Translations under genes and position numbers: made by a program
Shown here: positions 1 to 8,798 of the stretch, one piece after another
Numbering within the stretch: the first letter of the stretch is position 1
How the letters are laid out: every line of letters begins with the position of its first letter
Notes under the pieces: generated by a model
Databases searched by the model: none
The model's input: only the letters and a program-made list of their open reading frames with translations
Told to the model about the DNA's origin: nothing
DNA from: Gemmatimonadaceae bacterium
Lineage (GTDB): Bacteria; Gemmatimonadota; Gemmatimonadetes; Gemmatimonadales; Gemmatimonadaceae
Direction: 5' to 3'
Length of the DNA: 64,000 bases
Assembly: GCA_031421995.1 (NCBI GenBank)
Contig: JANOPS010000127.1
Span: forward strand, 2,326-66,325

Positions 1-98
1 TCGTCCTCCACGAAAACAGGCGGGGCGTCGGCGGCGTCCAACTCGGCGATTTTCTCGCGCAGGAGATCGCCGAACGACTCAACCGGCTGCGCGTTCAC
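1..98 (-). CDS. Hypothetical protein, 5' fragment (runs off left edge)
   Basis: GTG at 98 overlaps the TGA of the upstream gene (GTGA coupling); the open frame MNAQPVESFGDLLREKIAELDAADAPPVFVED runs to the window edge. Confidence 0.35.
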   Translation of the reverse strand, partial: MNAQPVESFGDLLREKIAELDAADAPPVFVED

Positions 99-565
99 GG
101 CCGCACGTCCACGCGATGGGCCGACATGGCGCTGTAGCCGATCGTCGCGTTGCCGGCCCGGTGGACCTCGTCCAGTTCGCCGCGCAGTTCGGCGACGCGT
201 CGGGCAACGCGGGCGGCCAGTTCCATCGTCACGCGCTGCGTAGCCGATACCGCCGCGCACACGTCGGCAATGGTATCGTCTGCCTCATCGACCGCGCGTT
301 CGGTGGCGGCGTAAAGCGCGCTGTCCGCCGTGGGACGCTGGGATCGCAAGACCGCGATCTGTTCCGCCAGATCGCTGATCATCTCATCGCGTTGCTCGAG
401 CAGGCTGAAGAGTCGGTCGTCATCGACGCCGATCGCACGCTCGGCCTCCCGCGCCGCCGCATCCGCATGCTCGCACAGCCCCAGCGCGCGACGCGCGGCG
501 GCTTCCCGCACATCCGCCCCTCGCGCTGCGGTTCGTGGCAGCGATGCCCCTGCAGGCATATTCAT
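95..565 (-). CDS. Putative flagellar export chaperone (FliT/FlgN-like helical protein)
   Basis: Directly downstream of fliS; small all-helical coiled-coil sequence (DDDRLFSLLEQRDEMISDL). Start moved to ATG at 565 because the longer ORF overlaps fliS. Confidence 0.45.
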   Translation of the reverse strand: MNMPAGASLPRTAARGADVREAAARRALGLCEHADAAAREAERAIGVDDDRLFSLLEQRDEMISDLAEQIAVLRSQRPTADSALYAATERAVDEADDTIADVCAAVSATQRVTMELAARVARRVAELRGELDEVHRAGNATIGYSAMSAHRVDVRP

Positions 566-593
566 TTTTTCACCGGATGATTGTCGTCCGAGG

Positions 594-989
594 TCACGCC
601 GACTTCTTGAGTGCGACCATTTGCGAGGCGGCGACGGTGAATCCGTCGCGCAGGCTGGTGGCAATGCTCACGAGCTTGGCGATCGTGCGCAGATCGCCGC
701 GCGATCCTACGTCGACGAGCTCATAGAGCATGTACTGGTACAGGTCGGCGAGTTGCGTGGCGATCGCCCCGCCCTTCGTGAAATCGAGCGTGGCCAGCAG
801 CTCGGTGACCAGGTCACGCGCGCGCCGCAGCGAGGTGACGCGTAACTCGACGTCGCGACGCTCCATCGCCAGACGCGCACGCTCAAGATTGACCACCAGT
901 TGCTCGAATACGATGACGACGAGTCGCTCCGGAGAGGCAGCCTGCATTTCCATCTCTCGGTATGACGCGGACTGCGTGGCGTATGACAT
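594..989 (-). CDS. fliS: Flagellin export chaperone FliS
   Basis: 131 aa; MSYATQSASYREMEMQAASPERLVVIVFEQLV...ELLATLDFTKGGAIATQLADLYQYM is the typical FliS pattern; follows fliD. Confidence 0.95.
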   Translation of the reverse strand: MSYATQSASYREMEMQAASPERLVVIVFEQLVVNLERARLAMERRDVELRVTSLRRARDLVTELLATLDFTKGGAIATQLADLYQYMLYELVDVGSRGDLRTIAKLVSIATSLRDGFTVAASQMVALKKSA

Positions 990-1037
990 GAAGTCGGTGT
1001 GACGAGGGTACGTACGAGTGAGACGCGGTTACGTGGA

Positions 1038-1064
1038 GTATCGGCTACGAACGGTTGGCCTGAA
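1038..1064 (-). promoter_or_regulatory. Putative sigma28 (FliA) promoter for fliS
   Basis: Minus strand TTCA-N15-GCCGATAC versus consensus TAAA-N15-GCCGATAA; overlaps the fliD stop codon. Confidence 0.55.
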
Positions 1065-3141
1065 GTCCCCTTACGCTTGCAGTTAGCGAGCTGCTCTGCG
1101 AGTTGAGGCGCGCGAGCGCGCTCTCCATGCGCGTGAACTGCGCAACGAGCTGTTCCCGTCGCAGGTCCAAGCGCTTTTGCGCATCGACTTCACGACTTCG
1201 CAAGACGACGTTGTTTTCAGCGATCGTACGAAGCTGCAGGTTGATCGGACCCGAGCTGTAGCTGTTTGCCTGATCGGCAGCAGTGACGAACGCGCCGCCC
1301 ACACCACTGAATCCGAAGAGCGATTCGATTTCTGTTGGCTTGGCGTTGAACGCGGTCTTGAACGTTTCCTGGTTGAACGTCAGCAGCCCATTGCGGTCCA
1401 GCGTGACGCCGGCTGTGGTCGCGCGCGCGTAGGTGGCATTCCCGGTGACTTCCGTGCGCAGCGCGGTGGTCAGGCTTTCGACGACCCGGCGCAAGCCGCT
1501 GTCCGCATAGAGCGGTGCATCGACGGCGCGCTGCGCATCGAAGAACGCCCGAATGGCGTTGTACGACTCGACCAGTTTTTGCACCGAATCGGTGGCACCC
1601 TTGACGTCCCGTTCGATCTCGATGTCGATAGGGGCATCAGGCTCTGCGGCGGTGAGCGACAGGGTGACCCCGGGAATGCCATCGGTAATCTTGTTCGTGG
1701 TGCGCCGCACCTCGCGACCATCGACGCGAATCACGGCGTCCTGGCCCGCTTGCAGTTCGCGCGTTCGGCCGAGCACTGACGTCGTGGCCGCGCCGAGGGT
1801 GCCGGTGGTGCTGTTCGCGCGCGCGATGTTCAGGGAGAGCGAGACACGCGACGCGCCCGCCGTGTCGTCGGTCAGGCGAAGGCGACCGTCGGCACCAAGT
1901 GCCGCCGTTGCCGTGCGTGTACCGGAGCCGAATCCAGTTGTCGCGTCGTTGATTCGGTCAAGGAGTGTCTGCATCGTATCGCCAGCACCGACCACGAGGC
2001 CGATGGTGACGGCTGTCCCATCGCCGCGTGTGCCGCGAATGTTGATCGCATCGCCGACAGCGAGGTTGGCCGATGCGCCGTCGACCTTCAGTCCCGCGAG
2101 GGACGTCCCGACGGTGGCGACCGCATCCGCCGCATCGGTATACACAGCGCTCTGCACGGTCTGTGGAATGGACCCAGCAAGTCCAGCCGTGATCCCCAGG
2201 GCATCGATGACCGCTTGCGAACCCGCGTCGCCGTCAACGGCGGTGACGTTGCCGTCCAGCACCAGGCGATAGCGCGTCTGATCGCCAAACGCTTCGGGCT
2301 GCACGGATGCGGATCCGCCTGCGGCGTTAATCCGTGCCGCAATCGTCGCGAGCGACGTGGTGGCGAGATCCACCGTGATGACGGTGTTCCCCACGCGTAT
2401 CGAGGCCGGCGACGGCGAGACAGTAAGCCCAAGCGCCGCAGCGGCGGCCTGAGTGGCAGAGGACACCTGTTTCGAACGCGAATCGACGAGGCCCAGCTCG
2501 CGCGCCAGTCCGCCTGCACCGTCGGTGACCGTCATCCCGGTCGCGCCCGCGGTATTGCTGGTAAGGACCAGTCGACCGGCGGTACCGCCTTCGCTCACCA
2601 GCGACGCGGTCACGCCGGTATTGGCGTCGTTGATCTTGGTGCGAATCGTGGCCAAGGAATCGGCGGCATCTACGGCGACCGCGACCCCATTAATCTGCAT
2701 CGTCCCGGTGACGCCGCGAGCGGCCGACGTGTCCGCGACTGTTGCGCCGGCGACCTTCGCGGTATCCGCCAACTGCAGCACCTCCACACGATAGCGCCCT
2801 GGAGTGGCGGTCGCTGAAGCGCTTGCGGTCAGCAGCGATCGGCCTGAAACGGGACTCGTGGGGACCGTGGTGGTGTAGCCGCCAAATCCCGCGCGACGCA
2901 CGGCGGTCGCGTTCACGTTTACCGTGTCGATCAGCTTCTGCAGCGCCATCCATGCATCCTTCTGCTTGGTGCGTAGCGTGATGCGATCCGTGATCGGCTG
3001 GACCGTACGCGCGCTCAGCGCGTCGATGGTCGAATCAATAATGTCGTTCCACTGAATGCCGCTGCTGACGCCGCCAATGTTCAGCCGCGCCCGCGTCGCT
3101 GCGGTGGTCGTTGTGGCGGTTGTGCTGCTCGTGCTCTCCAT
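1045..3141 (-). CDS. fliD: Flagellar filament cap protein FliD (HAP2), large form
   Basis: N-terminal GGVSSGIQWNDIID motif, central YRVEVLQLA and GQDAVIRVDG..RRTTNKITDGIPGVTLSL motifs, C-terminal QLVAQFTRMESALARLNSQSSSL; SD GAGG upstream. Confidence 0.95.
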   Translation of the reverse strand: MESTSSTTATTTTAATRARLNIGGVSSGIQWNDIIDSTIDALSARTVQPITDRITLRTKQKDAWMALQKLIDTVNVNATAVRRAGFGGYTTTVPTSPVSGRSLLTASASATATPGRYRVEVLQLADTAKVAGATVADTSAARGVTGTMQINGVAVAVDAADSLATIRTKINDANTGVTASLVSEGGTAGRLVLTSNTAGATGMTVTDGAGGLARELGLVDSRSKQVSSATQAAAAALGLTVSPSPASIRVGNTVITVDLATTSLATIAARINAAGGSASVQPEAFGDQTRYRLVLDGNVTAVDGDAGSQAVIDALGITAGLAGSIPQTVQSAVYTDAADAVATVGTSLAGLKVDGASANLAVGDAINIRGTRGDGTAVTIGLVVGAGDTMQTLLDRINDATTGFGSGTRTATAALGADGRLRLTDDTAGASRVSLSLNIARANSTTGTLGAATTSVLGRTRELQAGQDAVIRVDGREVRRTTNKITDGIPGVTLSLTAAEPDAPIDIEIERDVKGATDSVQKLVESYNAIRAFFDAQRAVDAPLYADSGLRRVVESLTTALRTEVTGNATYARATTAGVTLDRNGLLTFNQETFKTAFNAKPTEIESLFGFSGVGGAFVTAADQANSYSSGPINLQLRTIAENNVVLRSREVDAQKRLDLRREQLVAQFTRMESALARLNSQSSSLTASVRGLQANRS

Positions 3142-3173
3142 GTCTGGATCCTCGGGGTCCTGCCTAAGGCGTT

Positions 3174-3207
3174 ACCCCGGGGCCGGCACACGTGCCGACC
3201 CCGGGGT
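3174..3207 (-). terminator. 16-bp stem-loop between fliC and fliD (terminator/attenuator or mRNA-stabilising hairpin)
   Basis: ACCCCGGGGTCGGCAC-GT-GTGCCGGCCCCGGGGT on the minus strand, fully paired with one G-U; no clear U-tract follows. Confidence 0.55.
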
Positions 3208-3232
3208 TACTCAACTACTGAGAACGTCGGGC

Positions 3233-3985
3233 TTAGCGGAGGAGCTGCAACACGCTCTGGCTGCCCTGGTTCGCCTGCGACAGCATGGCCTGCGCCGCCT
3301 GCGTAAGGATGTTGTTCTTGGTGAAGTTGGCCATTTCTTCCGCCATGTCGACGTCGCGAATGGTGGACTCAGCGGCGCGCACGTTCACGACCGCTGCCTT
3401 CAGGTTCTGCGTGGTGTAGTCCAGCACGTTCGTTGCGCGACCCACGTCGGCAAGGATCGTGTTGACGGCGGTCAGCGCACTGTCAGCCGTCGAGATGTCG
3501 GTGACAGCGGCCGGGGTGAACGACAACGACGCCGAGACCGTGCTGGTGGCGTCCGACACTTGGAACGACAGCGTACCAAACACCGAGGTGCCTTGGAACT
3601 TCGCTTGGCCCACGATACGCGTCTTTTCCGTATCCAGCGCCGTGAGCTCGGCCGAGATGATGGTTGAGGTGGCGGAATCCGACGTGCCGTTGGCACGCTG
3701 AATCACCAGCTCCTTCTGACGTTCGACGATGCGCTGCACCGTCGACGCGGCGCTTTCGGCGATTTGCAGCATGGCGCTACCCTGCTCGGCGTTTGCCGCG
3801 GCCTGCGACAGCGAGCGGCTCTGCGTGCGCAGCGTGTTGGCGATCGCCATGCCGGCCGCATCGTCAGCCGCGCGGCTGATGCGAAGCCCTGAGCTGAGCT
3901 TACCCATGCTCTTCTCAGTCGCCATGTTGTTCAGGAACACGTTCTTTGAAGCGGTCAGCGCGCCAACGTTGGTATTAATACGCAT
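3233..3985 (-). CDS. fliC: Flagellin, minimal 250-aa form
   Basis: MRINTNVGALTA...KLSSGLRISRAADDAAGMAIA N-terminus and AAESTIRDVDMAEEMANFTKNNILTQAAQAMLSQANQ..QSVLQLLR C-terminus; GGAGG SD before ATG 3985. Confidence 0.97.
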   Translation of the reverse strand: MRINTNVGALTASKNVFLNNMATEKSMGKLSSGLRISRAADDAAGMAIANTLRTQSRSLSQAAANAEQGSAMLQIAESAASTVQRIVERQKELVIQRANGTSDSATSTIISAELTALDTEKTRIVGQAKFQGTSVFGTLSFQVSDATSTVSASLSFTPAAVTDISTADSALTAVNTILADVGRATNVLDYTTQNLKAAVVNVRAAESTIRDVDMAEEMANFTKNNILTQAAQAMLSQANQGSQSVLQLLR

Positions 3986-3990
3986 GGTAC

Positions 3991-4026
3991 TATCCTCCGT
4001 GATGTTGTCTGAGGCATCCGTGCCTC
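3991..4026 (-). promoter_or_regulatory. Tandem CsrA-type binding sites in the fliC 5' UTR
   Basis: mRNA reads GAGGCA-CGGA-UGCCUC (GGA in a hairpin loop, 4011-4026), then a second ACGGAGGA site overlapping the SD sequence. Confidence 0.65.
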
Positions 4027-4062
4027 GCCCGAATTCGGATCTCGAATCGCGGTCACTCACCA

Positions 4063-4089
4063 GTCTCGTCGCCCGTCGATCGAACTTGA
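4063..4089 (-). promoter_or_regulatory. Possible sigma28 promoter for fliC
   Basis: TCAA-N15-GACGAGAC; correct spacing but only a partial match to the -10 consensus. Confidence 0.4.
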
Positions 4090-4194
4090 GCGCCTTTCAC
4101 AAACTCACGAGTGTCTCGGGAACGGAGTCTCACACCACCGGCACCTGCGTCTCGCGGGTGGCAGCATTCGTCACGAAACCACACCGTGTTGATC

Positions 4195-5616
4195 ATGACT
4201 GAGTTGGAGATCACGGCGTTGCTGGCGCGCGGAGAGGCCGCCCTGAACGCGTATGACTATCGCGGCGCGGCTGAGGCGTTCGGCGCGGTCGGGACGATGG
4301 TGCCGGACGACGTGACGGTGGCGCTGATGACGGCCAACGCGTGGCGCCTGGCCGACAACGCGCTTGCCGCACGCATCGTCCTGCGGCAGGTGTGCGCCCG
4401 CGCGTCGGGGTCGCTCGACGTGCCGACGCTCTTCACGCTGGGTGGAGCGCTCCTCGACACGGGCGCTCCCGAGGAGGCGCTCGACTGCTTCACGCGCGTC
4501 GCGAAGGCGATGCCGCGAGACGCCTCCGCCCTCAACGCGTTGGCAAGCGCGATGCGTGCATCCGGAGATCCCAAGGGCGCGTGGCCGGTCGTGCAGCGAG
4601 CGCTCACAATCGCCCCGTCATTGCCAGCGGCATTGCTCACGGCCGCCCACGTCCGCCAGGCACTCGGCGATCTTGCCGGCGCACAGCAGTTTCTCGATCG
4701 AGCGGACGTCGCTCGGCCGCGTCACGGACCTACGCAGTTGCAGCGCGGAATCGCGAGACTGTTGGCCGGTCCGGGTCAGGCCGGTTGGGACGGGTTTGAG
4801 TTTCGCGGACTCCCTGCACCCAAGACCAGCGCGCGCGCGTGGCACGGCGAATCCCTGGTGGGTGCGTCGATTGCGGTGATCGGCGAGCAAGGGATCGGCG
4901 ATCAATTCCACTTTGTGCGGTATGTGGCGCGTTTGACGGCGCGTGGTGCGGCGCGGGTGGTCGTCGAGTGTCATCCAGGTGCGGTGTCGCTGTTTACCGC
5001 CAGCGGCTACGATGCGGTCGCGAAAGGCGAGGCGCCCGAGACCGACTGGTACGTGCCGATGCTGTCGCTCCCACACCGGCTGGGGAGTGATGATGACACG
5101 GCCAGTGATTTAGTGCCGTATCTGAGAGCCACGGATCCGGGAGGCGAGGAGCCCGTGGAACGCGCTACCCGGCCGGCCGGTCTGCGTCGGGTAGGCCTGG
5201 TGTTGCAGGGCAACCCGGCGTTTCTCGCGACGACGCTGCGCGATTTTGACATATCCCAGCTCTCTGGTTTACTCGACATTCCGGACATCGAGTGGGTGTG
5301 GCTGCAATACCCTTCCCCGGCACCGGTGGAGCATCCGCGCCTGATGACGCCGTCAATGGACGGAAGTTGGATTGAGACGGCGCGCGTGGTCAGCTCGCTC
5401 GATGGCGTGGTGAGCGTGGATACCAGCCTCGCCCATTTAGGGGGCGCGATGGGTGTTCCGACATTTGTGCTGCTTCCCTACTCCCCGGATTGGCGGTGGG
5501 GGCTACGTCGCAGCACCACCCCGTGGTATCCGACGGCGCGTCTGATTCGGCAGGCCAAGCCGCTTGATTGGGGTTCGGCGGTGAACGAACTTATGCGTCG
5601 ACTGAGTGAATGGTAG
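4195..5616 (+). CDS. TPR-repeat glycosyltransferase (GT-B, GT9-like C-terminus), candidate flagellin-modifying enzyme
   Basis: Ala-rich TPR-like helices N-terminally; EQGIGDQFHFVRYV, DWYVPMLSLP and LDGVVSVDTSLAHLGGAMGVPTFVLLPYSPDWRWG motifs; divergent from fliC. Confidence 0.8.
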   Translation: MTELEITALLARGEAALNAYDYRGAAEAFGAVGTMVPDDVTVALMTANAWRLADNALAARIVLRQVCARASGSLDVPTLFTLGGALLDTGAPEEALDCFTRVAKAMPRDASALNALASAMRASGDPKGAWPVVQRALTIAPSLPAALLTAAHVRQALGDLAGAQQFLDRADVARPRHGPTQLQRGIARLLAGPGQAGWDGFEFRGLPAPKTSARAWHGESLVGASIAVIGEQGIGDQFHFVRYVARLTARGAARVVVECHPGAVSLFTASGYDAVAKGEAPETDWYVPMLSLPHRLGSDDDTASDLVPYLRATDPGGEEPVERATRPAGLRRVGLVLQGNPAFLATTLRDFDISQLSGLLDIPDIEWVWLQYPSPAPVEHPRLMTPSMDGSWIETARVVSSLDGVVSVDTSLAHLGGAMGVPTFVLLPYSPDWRWGLRRSTTPWYPTARLIRQAKPLDWGSAVNELMRRLSEW

Positions 5617-5675
5617 ACCGCCGGCGTAGGCTTGGCACGCCGTGTGTCTGTCGACAGCTTCGCGGACGTCGCACC

Positions 5676-5690
5676 CGGCAGTATCTGCCG
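5676..5690. promoter_or_regulatory. Palindromic enhancer-like site CGGCAGTATCTGCCG
   Basis: Perfect CGGCA-N5-TGCCG, 85 bp upstream of a sigma54 box; the same motif recurs before five other sigma54 boxes. Confidence 0.65.
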
Positions 5691-5774
5691 ATCTTGGACA
5701 CCTCTTGCCGTCGTCGCGTCGCGCGAGACCTCCGGCAGAATGTTTTAAAGTGTTGTTGAACAACGACTTATGGT

Positions 5775-5790
5775 TGGCACGAGATCTGCT
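5775..5790 (+). promoter_or_regulatory. sigma54 promoter of the glycosylation/acylation operon
   Basis: TGGCACGAGATCTGCT (GG-N10-GC); IHF-like GAACAACGACTTA at 5758-5770. Confidence 0.75.
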
Positions 5791-5845
5791 TTAGAGGTGG
5801 TGACGCAGTCTTCCTCCACCACCATGCTCGCGCCCGGAGTCGTTG

Positions 5846-6874
5846 ATGACCATTGCAGATCGCCTGCCTCGCTGGACACCCTCACGTTGGGATCGTCCGC
5901 TTGACCGGGAGATGCTCAGTCGGCTCGAAGCACGGGCCGCGACCGCGGGCATCCTGGGCCCTGGGCCGCAGTGGAGCTTCAGCAGCGGTCACATCACCTC
6001 CCTGCGCGACATGATTCACGCGTGGGTCGGATGGGGACGACTGCCGGTAACAGCGACGTCGGCAGAGTCAATCGAGACCACCGGGCATTCCGACTTCGCC
6101 ACACACGTGCTTCGCCATGTCGCACAGATCGACCACCTCGGACTGATCACGCCGAGCTTTGTCGATCACGCCAGAAAGCATCAGTGGCTTGTTGCAGACC
6201 TCTACTCTCTCATGGATGTCCTTGAACTGACCGCGTTCCTGGGCGCCACCAATGGCCCGAAGGTGCGGATCCTCGAGATCGGTGGTGGCTGGGGTCGTCT
6301 CGCGGAGATGATGCTGAAGCTGTTTCCGGGTCTCGTGGAGTATGTGATGGTTGACGCGGTGCCGATCTCTCTGGTCTCGGCCGAAGCGTATCTGCGTCAC
6401 GAGCTCCCCGAGGCGAGCATCGGCAGCTTCATCAGCGGAGACATCTACCAGCCCGGCTCCTTTGACGTGTACTTTGTGCCAAGCTGGGAAGTCGAGCAGC
6501 TTGGCACCGCGCGATTTGATGCCGTGGTGAATATCGAGAGCTTCCAGGAAATGACGCAGGAGCAAGTCGATCTGTACATCGGCTGGTTTGATCAGATGAT
6601 TGCCGACAACGGCATTGCCTACATTGCCAATTCGCACGACTACGTGATGAAAGGGAACTGGAGTTACCCCAGTTCGTGGCGCACGCTGGCGCGACACCGT
6701 ACGCCGCGCTCATGGACGATTGATAACTCCACCCACATTTTGCGGAAGGAAGTGGGACACTTTGCCGCGGCAAATGCGATCATCGACGTGTCGTACGCCG
6801 AGACGTTGCCGGTATCCGCGAACCCCGGAGTGATCGCCGCTGAGCAGCGGCGCGTCATTGTCGGCGTCGCGTAA
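5846..6874 (+). CDS. Putative sugar O-methyltransferase (class I SAM-dependent)
   Basis: ILEIGGGWGRLAE SAM-binding motif and FDAVVNIESFQEM motif typical of the putative sugar O-methyltransferase family. Confidence 0.75.
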   Translation: MTIADRLPRWTPSRWDRPLDREMLSRLEARAATAGILGPGPQWSFSSGHITSLRDMIHAWVGWGRLPVTATSAESIETTGHSDFATHVLRHVAQIDHLGLITPSFVDHARKHQWLVADLYSLMDVLELTAFLGATNGPKVRILEIGGGWGRLAEMMLKLFPGLVEYVMVDAVPISLVSAEAYLRHELPEASIGSFISGDIYQPGSFDVYFVPSWEVEQLGTARFDAVVNIESFQEMTQEQVDLYIGWFDQMIADNGIAYIANSHDYVMKGNWSYPSSWRTLARHRTPRSWTIDNSTHILRKEVGHFAAANAIIDVSYAETLPVSANPGVIAAEQRRVIVGVA

Positions 6875-6895
6875 CGACTACCCGCCCCGACTTCC

Positions 6896-7912
6896 ATGTC
6901 TCTTTTCGCAACCGACGCGACGCTCCTCGGCTCATCGACCGCGGTCGCCGGTGCCGTGCGCCGTGAAGTGCCATCCGAGAGAGCGACGGCGACTGCACAG
7001 GCTTACGAGCATGTGCAGACCACCGCATCGATTGATACTCCGGACTCCACCGCGGTATGGAGCGCGCGACTTCCCGTCGCTATCGAGGCTGCGCTTCGTC
7101 GTGGTCACGTCCGCGCAGCGGCACTGTTGCACGAAGCGGCAACGAGTCACCTCAGCACTGATAATCCAGCGCTGCTCGCCTCGCGCTCGCTGATCGACGG
7201 CGCGGCAGCCGCCGACGCCGCCATTCAGCAGCGGCAGTTGGCCGGCGACGCCTTGGTGATCCCGTCGCTCACCGAAGTGCAGCCTGGACACCCGCGATTT
7301 TTCATTGGTCTCCAGTGGAATGAGATGGCGCACCCCATCGTGCAGGACGTCGTGACGCGCGAGCTTTCCGATGGCAGTCAGGCCGAGTTGCGGAACTTCC
7401 TCGACGAATCGCTCTGCGCAACGGATACGTTTCTCGATCTTGAGCCGGGCATCGGTATCGGGCTGTTCACGGCACTGAGTGCACCGAACGGTGTGAACGG
7501 TGTGTACGCGGTCCAACGCGACCCGGGCTTGCACGCGATCTTGCGTCGCAACATCGACCGGTCATACCCTGCCGCCACGGTGGCATTGCGTGCTGACCAG
7601 AGAGGCGTTGCCGAGTGCGTACGCTCCGCACGTGGTCGACTTGTCGCGCACGTGGGCACTCACCCGCTCGACGTGCTGCAGAGCGCTCTGGCACAAATGC
7701 GTACACGCGCGGCCGCCGTCATTCTCGATCTGACCAGCGACAACGCCAGTGCTTCGCTGGGCACGCTGGACAGCATGGGATTCCGGTCATTCGTGCTCGT
7801 ATCGAATGCTGAAGAGATTGAACTGCTGCCCTTCGAAGAGCGGTACGGGGCGCAGTACGTATTCGCCCTGTCGTCGCGCTTCATCGATTCCGTCGAGGTG
7901 CCCGCACCATGA
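6896..7912 (+). CDS. Degenerate FkbM-like methyltransferase-fold protein
   Basis: FLDLEPGIGIGLFTAL...VYAVQRDPGLHAILRRNI resembles FkbM motifs I/II but is diverged; coupled to the next gene by ATGA. Confidence 0.45.
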   Translation: MSLFATDATLLGSSTAVAGAVRREVPSERATATAQAYEHVQTTASIDTPDSTAVWSARLPVAIEAALRRGHVRAAALLHEAATSHLSTDNPALLASRSLIDGAAAADAAIQQRQLAGDALVIPSLTEVQPGHPRFFIGLQWNEMAHPIVQDVVTRELSDGSQAELRNFLDESLCATDTFLDLEPGIGIGLFTALSAPNGVNGVYAVQRDPGLHAILRRNIDRSYPAATVALRADQRGVAECVRSARGRLVAHVGTHPLDVLQSALAQMRTRAAAVILDLTSDNASASLGTLDSMGFRSFVLVSNAEEIELLPFEERYGAQYVFALSSRFIDSVEVPAP

Positions 7913-8535
7913 TCGCTGACGCCCCGACGGTGGCTCGTGCAGTCTGTGCGCTGCGCCGTGCACCTGTGCGGGGGCACGTCATTGATCTCGTGCCCTACCG
8001 CGCGGCGCACCACGAGCGTGTGATTGCGCTCCGCAACACCGAGCGTGCCTCGTACTTTTTGCATCAACCGGCGCCATTGACACGCGAAGGTCAGGCGGGA
8101 TGGTTCGCGAGTTACCTGAACAAAACCGACGACCTCCAGTGGGCCATCGTTCGAAAGGACGGGGCGGTTGTGGGTGCGACCGCGTTGTATGGTATCGCCG
8201 ACGATCGTTCGATGGCGGAGAAGGGCCGGCTTGTCGCCGATCCGTTGCTCTCGAAGCAGGGGCCCTACGTGTTGGAGGCCGAGCTGTTGCTTCTCGATGT
8301 CGCATTCGCGCGGCTCGACCTGCGCGCCGTCACCACCTGCGTGCGCGATGATAACGGCGTGATGCAGCACATCAACGCTCGCCTCGGCTTCGAGCGCAGC
8401 GGGCAGCATGTCATTCGCGGTGTGGAGTACTTCGACTATCGGCTGACTGCCGACCGGTACGCACCGGAACCCCTGCGCGCCACTGCGGTCGCGTGGGCGC
8501 AACGCACTTCCCGCACCCAAGGAGCTCCCCGATGA
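7909..8535 (+). CDS. GNAT N-acyltransferase (PseH/RimL-like)
   Basis: LRNTERASYF...GWFASY...WAIVRKDGAVVGATAL...AEKGRL...TCVRDDNGVMQHINARLGF GNAT pattern. Confidence 0.8.
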   Translation: MIADAPTVARAVCALRRAPVRGHVIDLVPYRAAHHERVIALRNTERASYFLHQPAPLTREGQAGWFASYLNKTDDLQWAIVRKDGAVVGATALYGIADDRSMAEKGRLVADPLLSKQGPYVLEAELLLLDVAFARLDLRAVTTCVRDDNGVMQHINARLGFERSGQHVIRGVEYFDYRLTADRYAPEPLRATAVAWAQRTSRTQGAPR

Positions 8536-8798
8536 CAGTCCTCGCACCCGTGATCACCGCCAACCACGTGACCCGTCTTCAGCAGGTCTTTACCGCGGCC
8601 TTGGAGCTCGCGCCGGACGTCGATCACAGCGGTCTCGCGTATCGTGAAACGCCGCAATGGGATTCGGTGGCGCACCTGCAGTTGGTCATCGCACTTGAAG
8701 CCGAGTTCGATGTCATGCTGGAGACCGACGACGTCTTGTCGCTCAGCACCTTTGGTGACGCGACAACGATTCTTGGCCGACACGGCATCGCATTCTGA
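8532..8798 (+). CDS. Acyl carrier protein
   Basis: 88 aa acidic protein with WDSVAHLQLVIALEAEFDV phosphopantetheine Ser motif; ATGA overlap with the GNAT gene. Confidence 0.9.
   Translation: MTVLAPVITANHVTRLQQVFTAALELAPDVDHSGLAYRETPQWDSVAHLQLVIALEAEFDVMLETDDVLSLSTFGDATTILGRHGIAF

Noticed and set aside
3700-3760. Flagellin immune-evasion (TLR5 epitope) adaptation
   Set aside because: The epitope region is divergent, but nothing in the window indicates a host-associated lifestyle; general divergence explains it.
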